Of a stretch of DNA of 52,217 nucleotides, positions 1-9,928 are shown piece after piece. Both the position numbers and the translations under genes were made by a program. The DNA comes from a virus (taxonomy: Duplodnaviria; Caudoviricetes), in IMG/VR virus record IMGVR_UViG_3300020034_000023, positions 1 to 52,217 of that record, one strand, 5' to 3'. The notes beneath the pieces are model-generated. The model had not been told where the DNA came from and ran no database searches. It was given only the letters and a program-made list of their open reading frames with translations. Within the stretch, counting starts at the first letter, position 1; each line of letters opens with the position of its first letter.

Positions 1-188
1 GCGAAGACGCCGGGAGCCGACACGAACGCTACCTCCACGGAAAAACAGTTGGGGAGGTTCGGGTCACGGTTCAGCGCGATCCGCATGCTGGCGGACCCGA
101 CCGCTGGTGTCTCGGCGTCCCACACCAACGCATTGTAGCCCGCACGATCTACCGGCTTCAGCCCCGCTGTTGCGTCATAAATTGGCAT
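1..188 (-). CDS. Hypothetical protein, 5' part only (runs off the window), possibly virion-associated
   Basis: ATG at 188 follows a GGAG SD lying in the end of the upstream gene; frame is open to the window edge (MPIYDATAGLKPVD...). Confidence 0.5.
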   Translation of the reverse strand, partial: MPIYDATAGLKPVDRAGYNALVWDAETPAVGSASMRIALNRDPNLPNCFSVEVAFVSAPGVF

Positions 189-194
189 GTCTGA

Positions 195-1289
195 CTATCC
201 TCCGTTAGCGTTCGCCAGCGACGTCCGGATGGCGTCCATGTTCATCGGTACTTTTTGAAACCCGTGCGGGAGCTTCTTCTTTTTCTTCAACTCCCGCTTG
301 CTGGCCCGCTTCGGCATCTTCGCCACCGAGATGCCCATCCGCTCCTGAAACTCACGAGCAAGGAAAAGCGCCGTGCCAATGTCGATATCGAGCTGAATCA
401 CCGGCATGTCGATATCACCGGGCTTGTTGTCCCGCAAGTCCCGCACGATGTTGGCCCCCCACCGATGATGCCCGTCCAGCACGTAGCCGTCCTTGGTCAC
501 CGTGATGGGCGCGTCCTTCATCGTCCCGGCGTCCATACGCTCGGCGATACTCGCGATCTTCACGCCATCCAGTTCATCCTGTGATGCGCGGAGATGCGAA
601 GCCGTCGCACGGGTGGTGGTGGCCTTGACTCCGTTGGCCTCCATCTCGGCAATCCACATGGGGGTCAAGTCGATTTCCGCTTTGGGATTGTCTCGGTCAG
701 CCTCCGGCATCAGGGCCTGCGCCTTGCTCCCCCGATCCACCCACCCCGCGAGCTGCGGCATCTCCACACGGGGGATATCGAGATTCTCGACGGCAAACAA
801 GTTGGTCCCGGCCACCGAAATGGCGGCGATATTCCACACGGGTGGGTCTTCTCCTGCGGCCTTCGCCGCATCGAAGTCGGCTTTGATTTTGGCCACGAGG
901 GTGGAGACTTGATCCGGCTGATCGAGGGTCACGTGCTTGCCTTCTGAGATCAGCTTCGCCGCCTGCTCGATGTCCGCCTTGCAGGGAATAGGATTGGAGC
1001 GCGACCCCGGCTGCCCCTCTGGCACCGACTTGTCCGCGTCCTTGCGCTGCTTATCGCGAATCCACCCTTCACCAATCGCCGTGGTCGGCAATCGTGGGGC
1101 GTTGGCATTGTGGGTGGGAAGGAGATGTTGGTGGCCTGCGCCGCCCCCGGCCGTGGTCGCTCCGGTGAAGAGCCCAAGCTGATCATGGTAGGGGTTGAAC
1201 TTCAGCACCCGCGCGTGGGGGAAGGCCGTCAATCGATTGATCCGCTCGGTTAGCTCACGTTTCGACGTGAACGCTCTCGTCAATGGCAT
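195..1289 (-). CDS. ParB/Srx-like domain protein with N-terminal KFNPYHDxxGxF motif
   Basis: PITVTKDGYVLDGHHRW is the ParB/sulfiredoxin signature; an NPYHD..G.F motif is common in phage head-associated proteins. Confidence 0.7.
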   Translation of the reverse strand: MPLTRAFTSKRELTERINRLTAFPHARVLKFNPYHDQLGLFTGATTAGGGAGHQHLLPTHNANAPRLPTTAIGEGWIRDKQRKDADKSVPEGQPGSRSNPIPCKADIEQAAKLISEGKHVTLDQPDQVSTLVAKIKADFDAAKAAGEDPPVWNIAAISVAGTNLFAVENLDIPRVEMPQLAGWVDRGSKAQALMPEADRDNPKAEIDLTPMWIAEMEANGVKATTTRATASHLRASQDELDGVKIASIAERMDAGTMKDAPITVTKDGYVLDGHHRWGANIVRDLRDNKPGDIDMPVIQLDIDIGTALFLAREFQERMGISVAKMPKRASKRELKKKKKLPHGFQKVPMNMDAIRTSLANANGG

Positions 1290-1343
1290 GCTTTTCCCCC
1301 ATGCAAGAGTACTCTGCGGGGGGAGGCAGGCGCAACCCCTTTG

Positions 1344-1357
1344 TGCAATTGATTGCA
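1344..1357. promoter_or_regulatory. TGCA-box (TGCAATTGATTGCA), intergenic
   Basis: Exact match to the repeated consensus TGCAAYTGAKTGCA. Confidence 0.8.
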
Positions 1358-1361
1358 GCGA

Positions 1362-1688
1362 TCAGTCGAGCGGGCGCTTCTCCGGCACGATCCGAATGAC
1401 GGGGGCCTTGGGTACCACCGGGCTCTCCACCGCCAAGGTCACCAGCTCCCCGTGGCGCAACGCCAACCACCGGAGGGTCAGGGACTCCTCCAGCTTGCCC
1501 GTGATGGTCAGCGGTCCCTGTGACGTCTCCAGCACGATGCTCACAGGCCCGGTCGTGGGTGGCGGTTGGGCGACACGCACCCGTGCCAACACGATGATGG
1601 GGTGGTCGGCCTTCTGCACCTGTGCTCCAGCTCCCACCAGCATCACCAGCATGCCGACCGGCAACACCAACGCCATCGCCAGCTTCAT
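1362..1688 (-). CDS. Exported hypothetical protein
   Basis: MKLAMALVLPVGMLVMLVGAGAQ looks like a signal peptide; GGAGG SD; ATGA overlap with the upstream gene. Confidence 0.6.
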   Translation of the reverse strand: MKLAMALVLPVGMLVMLVGAGAQVQKADHPIIVLARVRVAQPPPTTGPVSIVLETSQGPLTITGKLEESLTLRWLALRHGELVTLAVESPVVPKAPVIRIVPEKRPLD

Positions 1689-2760
1689 TTGACTTCCTCG
1701 GGGAACCACCGGAACTTGATCAGCTCCCACGCCTGATTGCGCGCGGCCAGCGTCGCGCCGTCTTCAAGCGCATTTTGAATCTGCATGAGCAGCAGACGGT
1801 CATTGTCCGACAGCACAGGCTCGTTGACCTTCCGATGCTCGAAGCCCGCGATCATCGCCTTGGCAGCCGCCATGAAGAGCCGCTTCCCTTGACGAGACAC
1901 GAACCACAACTGCTCCGCGAGTGCCTCTTCGTCACTCGTGCGCACGGCCTGCACCGTGACGGGTTCATCGCTGGGTAGGGGCTGGGCCTGTACGGTCTTC
2001 ATTAGTTGCTCCATCGAGCGGGCAGCTCTCACCGACACGGTGGAGGTACTGTCCGCCTCCTGCCAATCGTACACACCGCTGGCAGACATAGCGAGCCTCA
2101 CGTGGGGCAATCTCCAGCATCACGCAAAGTGCCTCTCGAAACTTCATTTGCGCGGGCGTACACGCGTGCGCCGGAATGCCACCGTAGATCCGCACCTCCT
2201 CCACCGTGGCCTCCTCGAAGGTAGTGCGCACTTTATGAATCGCCTGCTCCAGCGTCAACTGCTCCATCGGTATTCGCCTCGTCAGCTGCGCATACGGCTC
2301 ATTCCGTAGCGCCTCGCGCTTCTGTCGCGCGGTGAGCGGGATCACGACCCGCCTTCATCACACGCGTGGCAGTGGCACCCCGGTGGGTGCGTCGCTGATC
2401 CCCGTGAGGGTTCCTGTGAGGGATTCAGCAGCATGAGAATCTTCCACTGCACCGTGGGGTGTAGGGCGTTCCAGCGCGTTTCCGTCAACACCGGCATCAG
2501 GTTGTCCATGGGTGGCCTCCAGCCGTAACGTGATCAACTCTAAGTGTAGTCGCTCCGCGAGTGAGGCAAACACCCGAATGGCTTGTCGAAGGTCGTCGTT
2601 CTCTTGCTGAATGCGGCGGATTTTCACATGCAGATAGGCCACCGTCTCAATAATCACGCCCACTCCCGTTCCGATACACGTGATTTTTGATCCACGCTTC
2701 GGAGACGGACTGCACCAACTCGGGTCCGTCCCAGAAGCGCCGCCATGCCCATCGCAGGAA
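1685..2760 (-). other. Cluster of small hypothetical genes (e.g. 1685..2002, 1965..2345, 2358..2663)
   Basis: Tightly packed, overlapping minus-strand ORFs. Confidence 0.55.
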
Positions 2761-2762
2761 GC

Positions 2763-4115
2763 TCACAGTTCCAACTCGTCGGCGCACGCCACACACAGGG
2801 TCTGATCCTGCTTGAGCAGCTTCGCCTCCGATCCGCAGAAGAGGCACTTCGACCCGGCCGGAGCCACGAAGTCGAACGTGTCATAGTGAGCCACGATGTT
2901 TTGCTCGATTTCCGCGAAATTGACGGTGTGCATCGCCAAATCTTTCGCCGTCACCGCGATCTGCTCAGGCGTCATCTTCGGCACCACCGTGGCGTACTTC
3001 GGCGTGACCCCATCTTCCAAGTTTTCGTAGGTCAAGAACTTCGCCTTCTTCTCCTCCAATATCTTGACGGTCTCGGCGTGGTCGGCATCCGCCAGAATCT
3101 TCGCGATGGTCGGCCCCGTCGTGAGACTGCCAAACAGCTGGGCGTTGATCGCGTTCTGCAACTCCGCCTTCGTCACCTTCGACGCGAGCGAATTGAGCGA
3201 CGTCTCATCCGGGTTCTCCATCGAATTGTAGAACTCTTCGCTGTTAGTGCTCATCGTAAAGGCGGTCGCATCCGAGCCAGACGCCAAGTCGATGGCCTGC
3301 CCATCGGCGGTCAAATCATCCAAGATGTGCTTCTTCAGCGTCTGCGCCAGTTCTTCGTCATCAAGAAACGCTTTCTCCAGCTCAGAGTTGTGGGGGTGGG
3401 CCGTGACTCCCGGCCCCTGCGAAACATCCTTCAGCTTCACATCCTGCTTCACATCCCCCTCCGTGTTGGCAGCCGCCTTCCATGCCGCCACTCCGGCATC
3501 GCCCAGCCACCGCTCGGCGCAGACCGGGCCGTAGCCGACCTTGACACTCCGCTGATCCTCCCCGAGCCCGAGCGTCTTCCCGCAGAAGGCACAGCTCCCG
3601 GTCAGCTTGCCGTAGGCTTTCGCCACGCGCGCAGGCTGTTCGGCGAACTTCGTGAGCAGCGCCGTCAGCTCCATCACGATGTCGGCCGGGATCTTCGGGT
3701 TCGGCACGAAGCTCCCATCAGGGAACACCTTGCCGTACCACGTGTTGTTCGGATACTTGCCTTCGCCGTTGATGTTGATCGAGCCGGGATTCTTCGCCTT
3801 GACTCCCGCCAAGGAGAGCTTCACCGACGCGCCGCTGAGCAACAGCGTGACCTTCGGATATTTCAGCGTCGCTTTGGCGGTCTCGAAGAGCGCCACCACC
3901 TTGCTGAACGTGCCCACGTCAATCACCGTCGCCTTGGGCGTGATGGGCTTCGTCGCGCGGAGAATCAGCTTCTCCACATAGGGAGTCTGATACTTCGAGA
4001 GCGTGCCCTTCTGTTTGTACTGGGAGATGAGACTGTTGGCGAAGTGCTGGTCGCCGGTCGTCAGCTGGTTCAGCACCGTCATCAGCGTCGTCATCTGACT
4101 GTGAAGATTGGTCAT
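2763..4115 (-). CDS. DUF6011-like Zn-ribbon phage protein with acidic C-terminal half
   Basis: GSCAFCGKTL...SVKVGYGPVCA motif; start moved to 4115 because the SD (CAATGGAG) and promoter lie inside the longer ORF. Confidence 0.7.
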   Translation of the reverse strand: MTNLHSQMTTLMTVLNQLTTGDQHFANSLISQYKQKGTLSKYQTPYVEKLILRATKPITPKATVIDVGTFSKVVALFETAKATLKYPKVTLLLSGASVKLSLAGVKAKNPGSININGEGKYPNNTWYGKVFPDGSFVPNPKIPADIVMELTALLTKFAEQPARVAKAYGKLTGSCAFCGKTLGLGEDQRSVKVGYGPVCAERWLGDAGVAAWKAAANTEGDVKQDVKLKDVSQGPGVTAHPHNSELEKAFLDDEELAQTLKKHILDDLTADGQAIDLASGSDATAFTMSTNSEEFYNSMENPDETSLNSLASKVTKAELQNAINAQLFGSLTTGPTIAKILADADHAETVKILEEKKAKFLTYENLEDGVTPKYATVVPKMTPEQIAVTAKDLAMHTVNFAEIEQNIVAHYDTFDFVAPAGSKCLFCGSEAKLLKQDQTLCVACADELEL

Positions 4116-4149
4116 TCTCACTCCATTGAGATCCGGGTGACGTGAGCCC

Positions 4150-4178
4150 AGTATAACCGATGAGCCCGCATTTGTCAA
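4150..4178 (-). promoter_or_regulatory. sigma70-type promoter
   Basis: TTGACA-17-TATACT. Confidence 0.85.
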
Positions 4179-5165
4179 GCCGCTGCGTTTGGCGGGTCAT
4201 CCGGGTCGTCTTCCTCTTCGTCCGTGATCACCCAGTCTCGGTTCTCGCGCCAAATCACCCAGAATTGGAGAAAACCCATACAAAACCACGGCAGGCTGTG
4301 TCGCGCCATCGCTTCCAACAGAAGCACGGTGCCGATGCACCCGAGCAAAACGTTGGTGAGCGGGCTCATTTCTTGGGCTCCACCGGGTCCACCGTCTTGA
4401 ATTTCATGACGTCGTAGTAGTCGTAGTACGCACGGAACTTCGCCTTGGCGTCATCGGCGTCCTTGCACCCGGCAATGCTGGTCGTCAGCTCCCGCACGCT
4501 TTTTGACCCCTCATTCCCGAAGGGGCCATCGTCTTTGGCTCGGACGGTGGCTTTGATGTAATAGGTCATGGATACAGACTCGTCACAAAGGCCGTCAGCA
4601 CCTGCGTGCGGAGGCACTTCTCACACCGCCATGTGAGCCCGCCGACCGACTGCACCTCCGGCAGGCATTCCTGTTGTGTCATGATTTTACAGGTGGCACA
4701 CCACATCCGCTTCCAGAAATTTGCCATTCTCGTACTCCAGCGAACAGACGCGCCCCGGCCCACCCCTGTAATGTGGACTCCTGTGGCGCGGAACCGTCGT
4801 AAACACGGGTTGGATCTACCGTTGCTGGGGAGTCACGGATAGGGCCATTGCCGCGTCACGGGCTTTCTTTCGTGCCCTCAATCACCAGCGTCAAAATCAA
4901 CCCGCACGCCTGCATAAATTTGAGGAGGTCGTGCGTGTGCCACGACTCCGCCAACAGCGTCACCGCCACCACCCAGATGGACATGTGCGCCCATTTACTC
5001 ACGAAACGCCTTCGGGAACGTGGTGGCGAGCACTTCGAGTGCGTGCGTCTGACAGTACTGCTTCGTCAGCGTGGCGGGCGGCTTGCCGTCCGTGTAGGTG
5101 AGCAGCACCTTGACGTCGATGGTCGCCTTCTCGGCACATCCCTCCTGATCGCACTGGTCTGTCAT
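4175..5165 (-). other. Cluster of small hypothetical genes (membrane and Cys-rich), including an unlisted 56-aa ORF 4995..5165
   Basis: Overlapping start/stop codons; MTDQCDQEGC...FRE*. Confidence 0.5.
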
Positions 5166-5509
5166 GGCTTGTCAATATCCCGATGTTCCACCTCCACGTT
5201 CAGCTCCCGCGCGAGCTTGATCGCAAGGTAGACCGAGCGGTGATGCCCGCCCGTGCAGCCAATATACGCGATTTCCGTTCCCGGCACCGTGACCTTCTCC
5301 TTCACGTAGTCGTACTTCGCGTAGAAGTCCGGCGTCTTCTGGATATCCAGCTGGACATCGAGGTCCGTGCCGCGTTTGTAGCGCAGCGTCTTGTCATGGT
5401 ACGGGTTCTTGAACATCTTCCGAATATCTATGACCACGACTCCCGGCACCACGTTGGGGCCACCCCCCTCGTGCCGGAATCCGAAACTGATGATCTTTTT
5501 GAGTGTCAT
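5162..5509 (-). CDS. Stand-alone RapZ C-terminal (RNA-binding) domain protein
   Basis: IISFGFRH..P...D.R...NPY and IGCTGGHHRSV are hallmark motifs of the RapZ/YvcJ C-terminal domain. Confidence 0.85.
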   Translation of the reverse strand: MTLKKIISFGFRHEGGGPNVVPGVVVIDIRKMFKNPYHDKTLRYKRGTDLDVQLDIQKTPDFYAKYDYVKEKVTVPGTEIAYIGCTGGHHRSVYLAIKLARELNVEVEHRDIDKP

Positions 5510-5523
5510 TGCAATTGAGTGCA
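5510..5523. promoter_or_regulatory. TGCA-box (TGCAATTGAGTGCA) filling the 15-bp gap before the RapZ-C ATG
   Basis: Exact consensus match. Confidence 0.8.
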
Positions 5524-5524
5524 G

Positions 5525-5925
5525 CTACCGCTTGTAATAGCGTTCCCAAATCTTCAACTCGTCACGCGTCAACGCGAGCTTCACGATCTTGGAGACCTTC
5601 CACCGCTCCGTCACAGGGCACTCTTCCAGCCGTGCTGCCGCCAGCGACCAGTCACCGTTCGAGATGGTCCGAAGAATACCTTGCGCGCGTTGATCAGGAG
5701 TAAAGGCCATTAGAACCGAGGTCGTGAGACCTTCACCGTATCCTTATCCAGATTGAACATTGGATCACCCTGTGCCACGGTACCATCCCCGAGGTCTGCC
5801 CCCGGTGGCTGGAGACTCCCGGCCCAGCACTGCACCGCTTCTTCCACGTAGGCGCGCGCACGAGTCTGCGTGGCCCCCTCCGGCAGGGTCAACTCCACCA
5901 CGAGTCGAATTTTTTTACTTGCCAT
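5525..5925 (-). other. Two small hypothetical genes (5525..5710, 5710..5925)
   Basis: Coupled ORFs; CAAGGAG SD before 5925. Confidence 0.6.
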
Positions 5926-5939
5926 CGTTCACTCCTTGA

Positions 5940-6170
5940 AACGCCCCGATACTCCCACCGCTCGGGGCCAACGGTTGAAAACTACCGCCAAGGGGTGATC
6001 AAGGGCGGGAGGAAGGCCACCCGTGTGATCAGATCGCCATCGCGGCAGCCGGAATTCCCCCGAATTTCCCCACGTTCGGAAGCCACACGTGTCTTACCCC
6101 GACCACCCCGAGACTCGTCGTTGGCGCAACACGACGAGGGCGCGTAGGTGGGGCAGTCGAGCCGGGAACG
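5940..6170 (-). ncRNA. Candidate structured RNA / leader
   Basis: ~230 nt with no ORF; several stems (CTCGTCG/CGACGAG, GCCCCGA/TCGGGGC, TTCCGAA/TTCGGGG). Confidence 0.4.
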
Positions 6171-6329
6171 CTCACAGTTTGCGTAAGATAGCCACCAGCA
6201 CCCAGAAGATGGCCTTCAGCGTGTAATACGACGCAACATCTGACCGCTCCTCCGCCACGCCGCTGTCGTAGTTCAGATGCGCGGAGACGAGATAATGAGA
6301 AACGAGTTCCTCTTTTTTGGCATCGTCCA

Positions 6330-7241
6330 TTAAGCCGCCTCCCCCATATCCTCCGGCGCGCGCCAGCCGACGAACTGACTGAAGCGGGGCTTGTCTTTGA
6401 TCCCAGTCGGTTGAAAGCGAAACTTCACGATGCGCCCGAGATACTCCGCCTGCGCGAGCCACATCAGACGGCACGTGTGCTCAGTCAGCGGGCCGGTGTT
6501 CACCTTATGGGCGACGCCGGTCTCACAGTTCTTGACCCAGAACGCCCCCACCATCCCGGTGGAAGTCTTATTCTGCTTGTGGCTACTCCGTGCCGTGTGC
6601 CCGAGGGCATTGATGGTCGCGACGTTGCCGTTCTGCATCTGTTCCACGAAGCCGGTCACCACGCCTTCGCCATCCACGAATCGCTTCAGCTTCAGCAAGG
6701 CCCCCTCGTTGACCGTAGAGCGCCCCTGCTTGTAGCGGCCGGTCAGGCTCCGAATCATCAGCCCTTCGTAGCCTTCCGCCACCCAGCGGTTCTCGTAGAG
6801 CGTCAGCGTCATCGCGTCGGCAATCTGCTGGTGGTCCACCATGCGGATGTCGGCCGGACCCTGATACGCCTTGACGATGGCGGTCGCTTTGGCGAATCGA
6901 TCCGCATACCCGAGTTTCGGGTCGTAGACGTCGAACACCCAGTAGGTAAGGGCTGGGTGTCCCGTGATGGTGCTCACCGCTGCCGCCGACTTCCGGAACA
7001 CATCCGGCGCGTTGGGGGGTCCGAGAATCAGCTCTCCATCGAGCCCTTCAAGAGCCGCTGATCCAAACACCGCTTGGGTGAATTTGTTCGGGTGCAGCTT
7101 CAGACTTCGGCTATACACCCGGCCGTCCTGAATGGTTGCCCGCACGCCATCGAGCTTCCGGCTCACGTAGAGCGGGAAGCGGGCAGGGCCGACGATGAAC
7201 GGGGCGGCAAGTGTCCCGGCTAACATGGGCTTGAATAACAT
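6330..7241 (-). CDS. lig: ATP-dependent DNA ligase
   Basis: Motif I KLDGVR, LDGEL, VFD, EGLMIR, LLKLKRF. Confidence 0.95.
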   Translation of the reverse strand: MLFKPMLAGTLAAPFIVGPARFPLYVSRKLDGVRATIQDGRVYSRSLKLHPNKFTQAVFGSAALEGLDGELILGPPNAPDVFRKSAAAVSTITGHPALTYWVFDVYDPKLGYADRFAKATAIVKAYQGPADIRMVDHQQIADAMTLTLYENRWVAEGYEGLMIRSLTGRYKQGRSTVNEGALLKLKRFVDGEGVVTGFVEQMQNGNVATINALGHTARSSHKQNKTSTGMVGAFWVKNCETGVAHKVNTGPLTEHTCRLMWLAQAEYLGRIVKFRFQPTGIKDKPRFSQFVGWRAPEDMGEAA

Positions 7242-7410
7242 GTCTCACTCCATTGAGGTCCAATAATTGTTGAAGACCAATCGCGGCGGCAGTCACCGTG
7301 ACTCTGCGGTGATTCACCACTCTGACCGGCAGGGCCACTCCAAGGCTACGTCCTGCTTTGCCCCGGCTCTCTCAGCGTGAGTCTGACGCTTACCCCACCG
7401 GTATAGGCAC

Positions 7411-7439
7411 AGCGTAACACACGCGGATTAGTTTGTCAA
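7411..7439 (-). promoter_or_regulatory. sigma70-type promoter
   Basis: TTGACA-17-TACGCT. Confidence 0.75.
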
Positions 7440-7454
7440 GGTAGCACATATTCC

Positions 7455-9394
7455 TGTGACACATCTCCACCCGGTCGGCGACGCCCCGTGTCCGGGTGCC
7501 GCATCCAGCCTTCGGGCTCACCTTCTCCATCCCACAGCGCAAGGGCGACGACCGCCGCCCAGATGGTGTCGTATCACCACACGTTGTCGAACGACATGCT
7601 CCCGGTGAATCCGATACCGATCCGCGCCCGCCCCTCGAACAGGGGGTAGATCACCGCCGTGCGGTCGCCAAAGATGCGCTCAGGAAACGCCATTGCTCCG
7701 CCTTCTCCTACTCTGGTGCGGGGTGAGTGCTCGACTAGCCAGTGCTTGCACACGGGCAAAGGCCAGACTCCCGTCTTCTCGAATGCCGTTCCCGTCCGAC
7801 CAACAGCCATCATCGGCCGCGATGGCGGTCAACGCCTTGCGGTTCCGCTCGATTTCCTCCACGAAGCTCTCCAGCAACTTGTACGCGGCATAGGTATCGG
7901 CCCCGTAGATCGTCCCGCTCTGCGCAATCATGTGCTCCCGCAACTCCGGTGAGAGATCAGGGGAGAATTCATCCGGAGTCGCCTTCCCGGTTTTGAGAAT
8001 CTCCTTGGCCCGATTCAAATCATCGTCAAGCGTGTCGTAGTAGGACATCTTAATGCCTGCCAATCATCCACAACACGAGCCCCAGACAGAGAAACACGAT
8101 CACCGTGGCACTCGCGACTCCCATCACCCAATCACGCGCGCTTGAAAGTGCATGTCGCGCAGCACCCACTCGATGGCCTCGGACTGATCCGCGAGCGTCA
8201 ACCCCATGCGGTTCTGCCGGATGGCGAGCCGAATCGCCGACATCAACTTCAACTGGGCTTCGCTGTATCGCGTCAGCCCGGTCTTCTCCGTATCCATCGC
8301 TACTCCTTTGGGTGCGCGGCCAGCCATGCGTCCGCTGCTCGAATGTAATCGTCCGACGCGTGTTCCAGCTCCGCCATCATCTCGGCCTCCGTCTTGGGCC
8401 GCTCCCAGACCAACCGATAAGCGGTGCCACCCACCACGTAGACGAGCGCATAGGCCAACACTCTGAGAAAGCGCAACACACGTCTCACAGCTCCGCTCCA
8501 CAGTGATAACAGCGAAACGGCACCCCCGGTGGGGGAGCCACCGCAAAATTCGTCCACGCCCCACACGCGACGCACGACCCCCCGATGGTGTGGGCATAGA
8601 GCGTACTTATGTCTTCTCCAGCTTTTTCCCGCATTGGCACTCGAAATGGGTCGTGGTAATTTCCACCAGCCGGAGTCCGTGCCCGTCCGCCTGTGCCAGA
8701 TTTCCCGGCACGGGCTTCTTGATCGTCTTCACGTGTTTTTGCCATGTGCGATCCACCCACCGAGGAATCTTGTCGCTGCGTGGCTTCATGACGAACACCG
8801 CTGGCACTGTGTGTGATCGAGCACGTCGCCGCAGAAGCCGCACGTCTTGCGGGGACGACCATCCGCCCAGTGCCAGCTGATATTCGCATGGTTCTGAGCA
8901 CGGCACTCCGCTATTGACTTCTCAAACTTCTCACGGCTCACGCGCCGTTCCTTCACCGTGGTGACCCGTTCAGAGTCAGACATCTCCATCAGTACTCCCG
9001 TTTGCAGCGTCGGCACACCAGCCGCTTCTTCGGCGTGTCCCATTGCACTCGATTGCCACAGGTCGCACAGAGCTTTGTCAGCCGGGTGAACTGGGCAGGC
9101 ATCAGCCGCCGCATCAACTCCACCGAATTGGGCCGCGCCATCACCAGTACTTCTTCACGAAGTGCCCGACGATCCACATGAAGGGCGCGACGATCACCAG
9201 CAGGATGACGATCAGGAGAGTGGTCTCGCTCATGATCCCCCCACGGGTCGAGCCACCACCGTAGACGGCCCACCGTAGGACGTCGTGCTGGCCTTTTTGA
9301 GCGTGTAGTCTTTCAACGCCTCTTCTTTGGTGTCCGCCGTCACGACCCACGTGCGGGTCACCAGCTCGGTGCGGGAAACGAGAAAGTCAGGCAT
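7455..9394 (-). other. Cluster of small hypothetical early-type genes, several with CxxC
   Basis: Dense minus-strand ORFs (7680..8048 and others). Confidence 0.5.
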
Positions 9395-9888
9395 TAGTCC
9401 CTCGGGTCCGGGTGTCCGGTTTGCAGATAATGCAGATAGGGCGTCGTATGCACGTACTCGAAGTGCAGCGTCCCATCCGGGTAGACAATGACGAGCGGCT
9501 TGCACACCCGCCGCGCATAGCGAATGGTGGCCCACGTGCCGGAGCCACGGAGCTTCTCCTGCTTCTGCGCCGGGGCGGCGATCATCACCTGTGACGCGTC
9601 CACAATCTCCGGATTGCGCAACAAGAAGTACTTCGAGGGCCAGTAGGAGTCGCAGACCACAGGCGCGCGCTGCGTGACCTTCCCCTGCTTGTCCACCCCC
9701 GGATGGCCCTCCATATAGAGTTTCGCCTTGCGCGCGAGCACATGGAATTCCGCGTCGCCCCCCACACACATGCCGTGATGCGCCACCTGCACGCCTTGCG
9801 TGATGAACTCCTTGATGAGGAGGTCCACCTTCAGGGCTTGGGGCGGGGTCATGCCACGTCGCGTGGCGGTGAATCCGATATCTCTCAT
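9394..9888 (-). CDS. SLOG-superfamily (DprA/YspA-like) nucleotide-binding protein, leaderless
   Basis: IGFTATRRG, HHG.C.GGD, RN..IVD, SGTWATIRYAR motifs; ATG lies 7 nt after a -10 box. Confidence 0.8.
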   Translation of the reverse strand: MRDIGFTATRRGMTPPQALKVDLLIKEFITQGVQVAHHGMCVGGDAEFHVLARKAKLYMEGHPGVDKQGKVTQRAPVVCDSYWPSKYFLLRNPEIVDASQVMIAAPAQKQEKLRGSGTWATIRYARRVCKPLVIVYPDGTLHFEYVHTTPYLHYLQTGHPDPRD

Positions 9889-9895
9889 AACGCCC

Positions 9896-9924
9896 AGTCT
9901 AGCCACTTTCCAACGGTTTGTCAA
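9896..9924 (-). promoter_or_regulatory. sigma70-type promoter (leaderless)
   Basis: TTGACA-17-TAGACT-7-ATG. Confidence 0.8.
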
Positions 9925-9928
9925 GGAC

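Noticed and set aside
2745-4145. Long plus-strand ORFs (also 21391..22356, 33849..34874, 36220..37407, 44809..45945)
   Set aside because: Antisense shadows of clear minus-strand genes in GC-rich DNA; Arg/His-rich, motif-free translations
7367-7400. TPP riboswitch (GGGG...CUGAGA)
   Set aside because: The pyrophosphate-binding half (ACCUGAU...AGCGUAGGGA) is absent here and at 27101
9044-9057. TGCACTCGATTGCC as an 18th TGCA-box
   Set aside because: Two mismatches and inside coding sequence; left out of the counts
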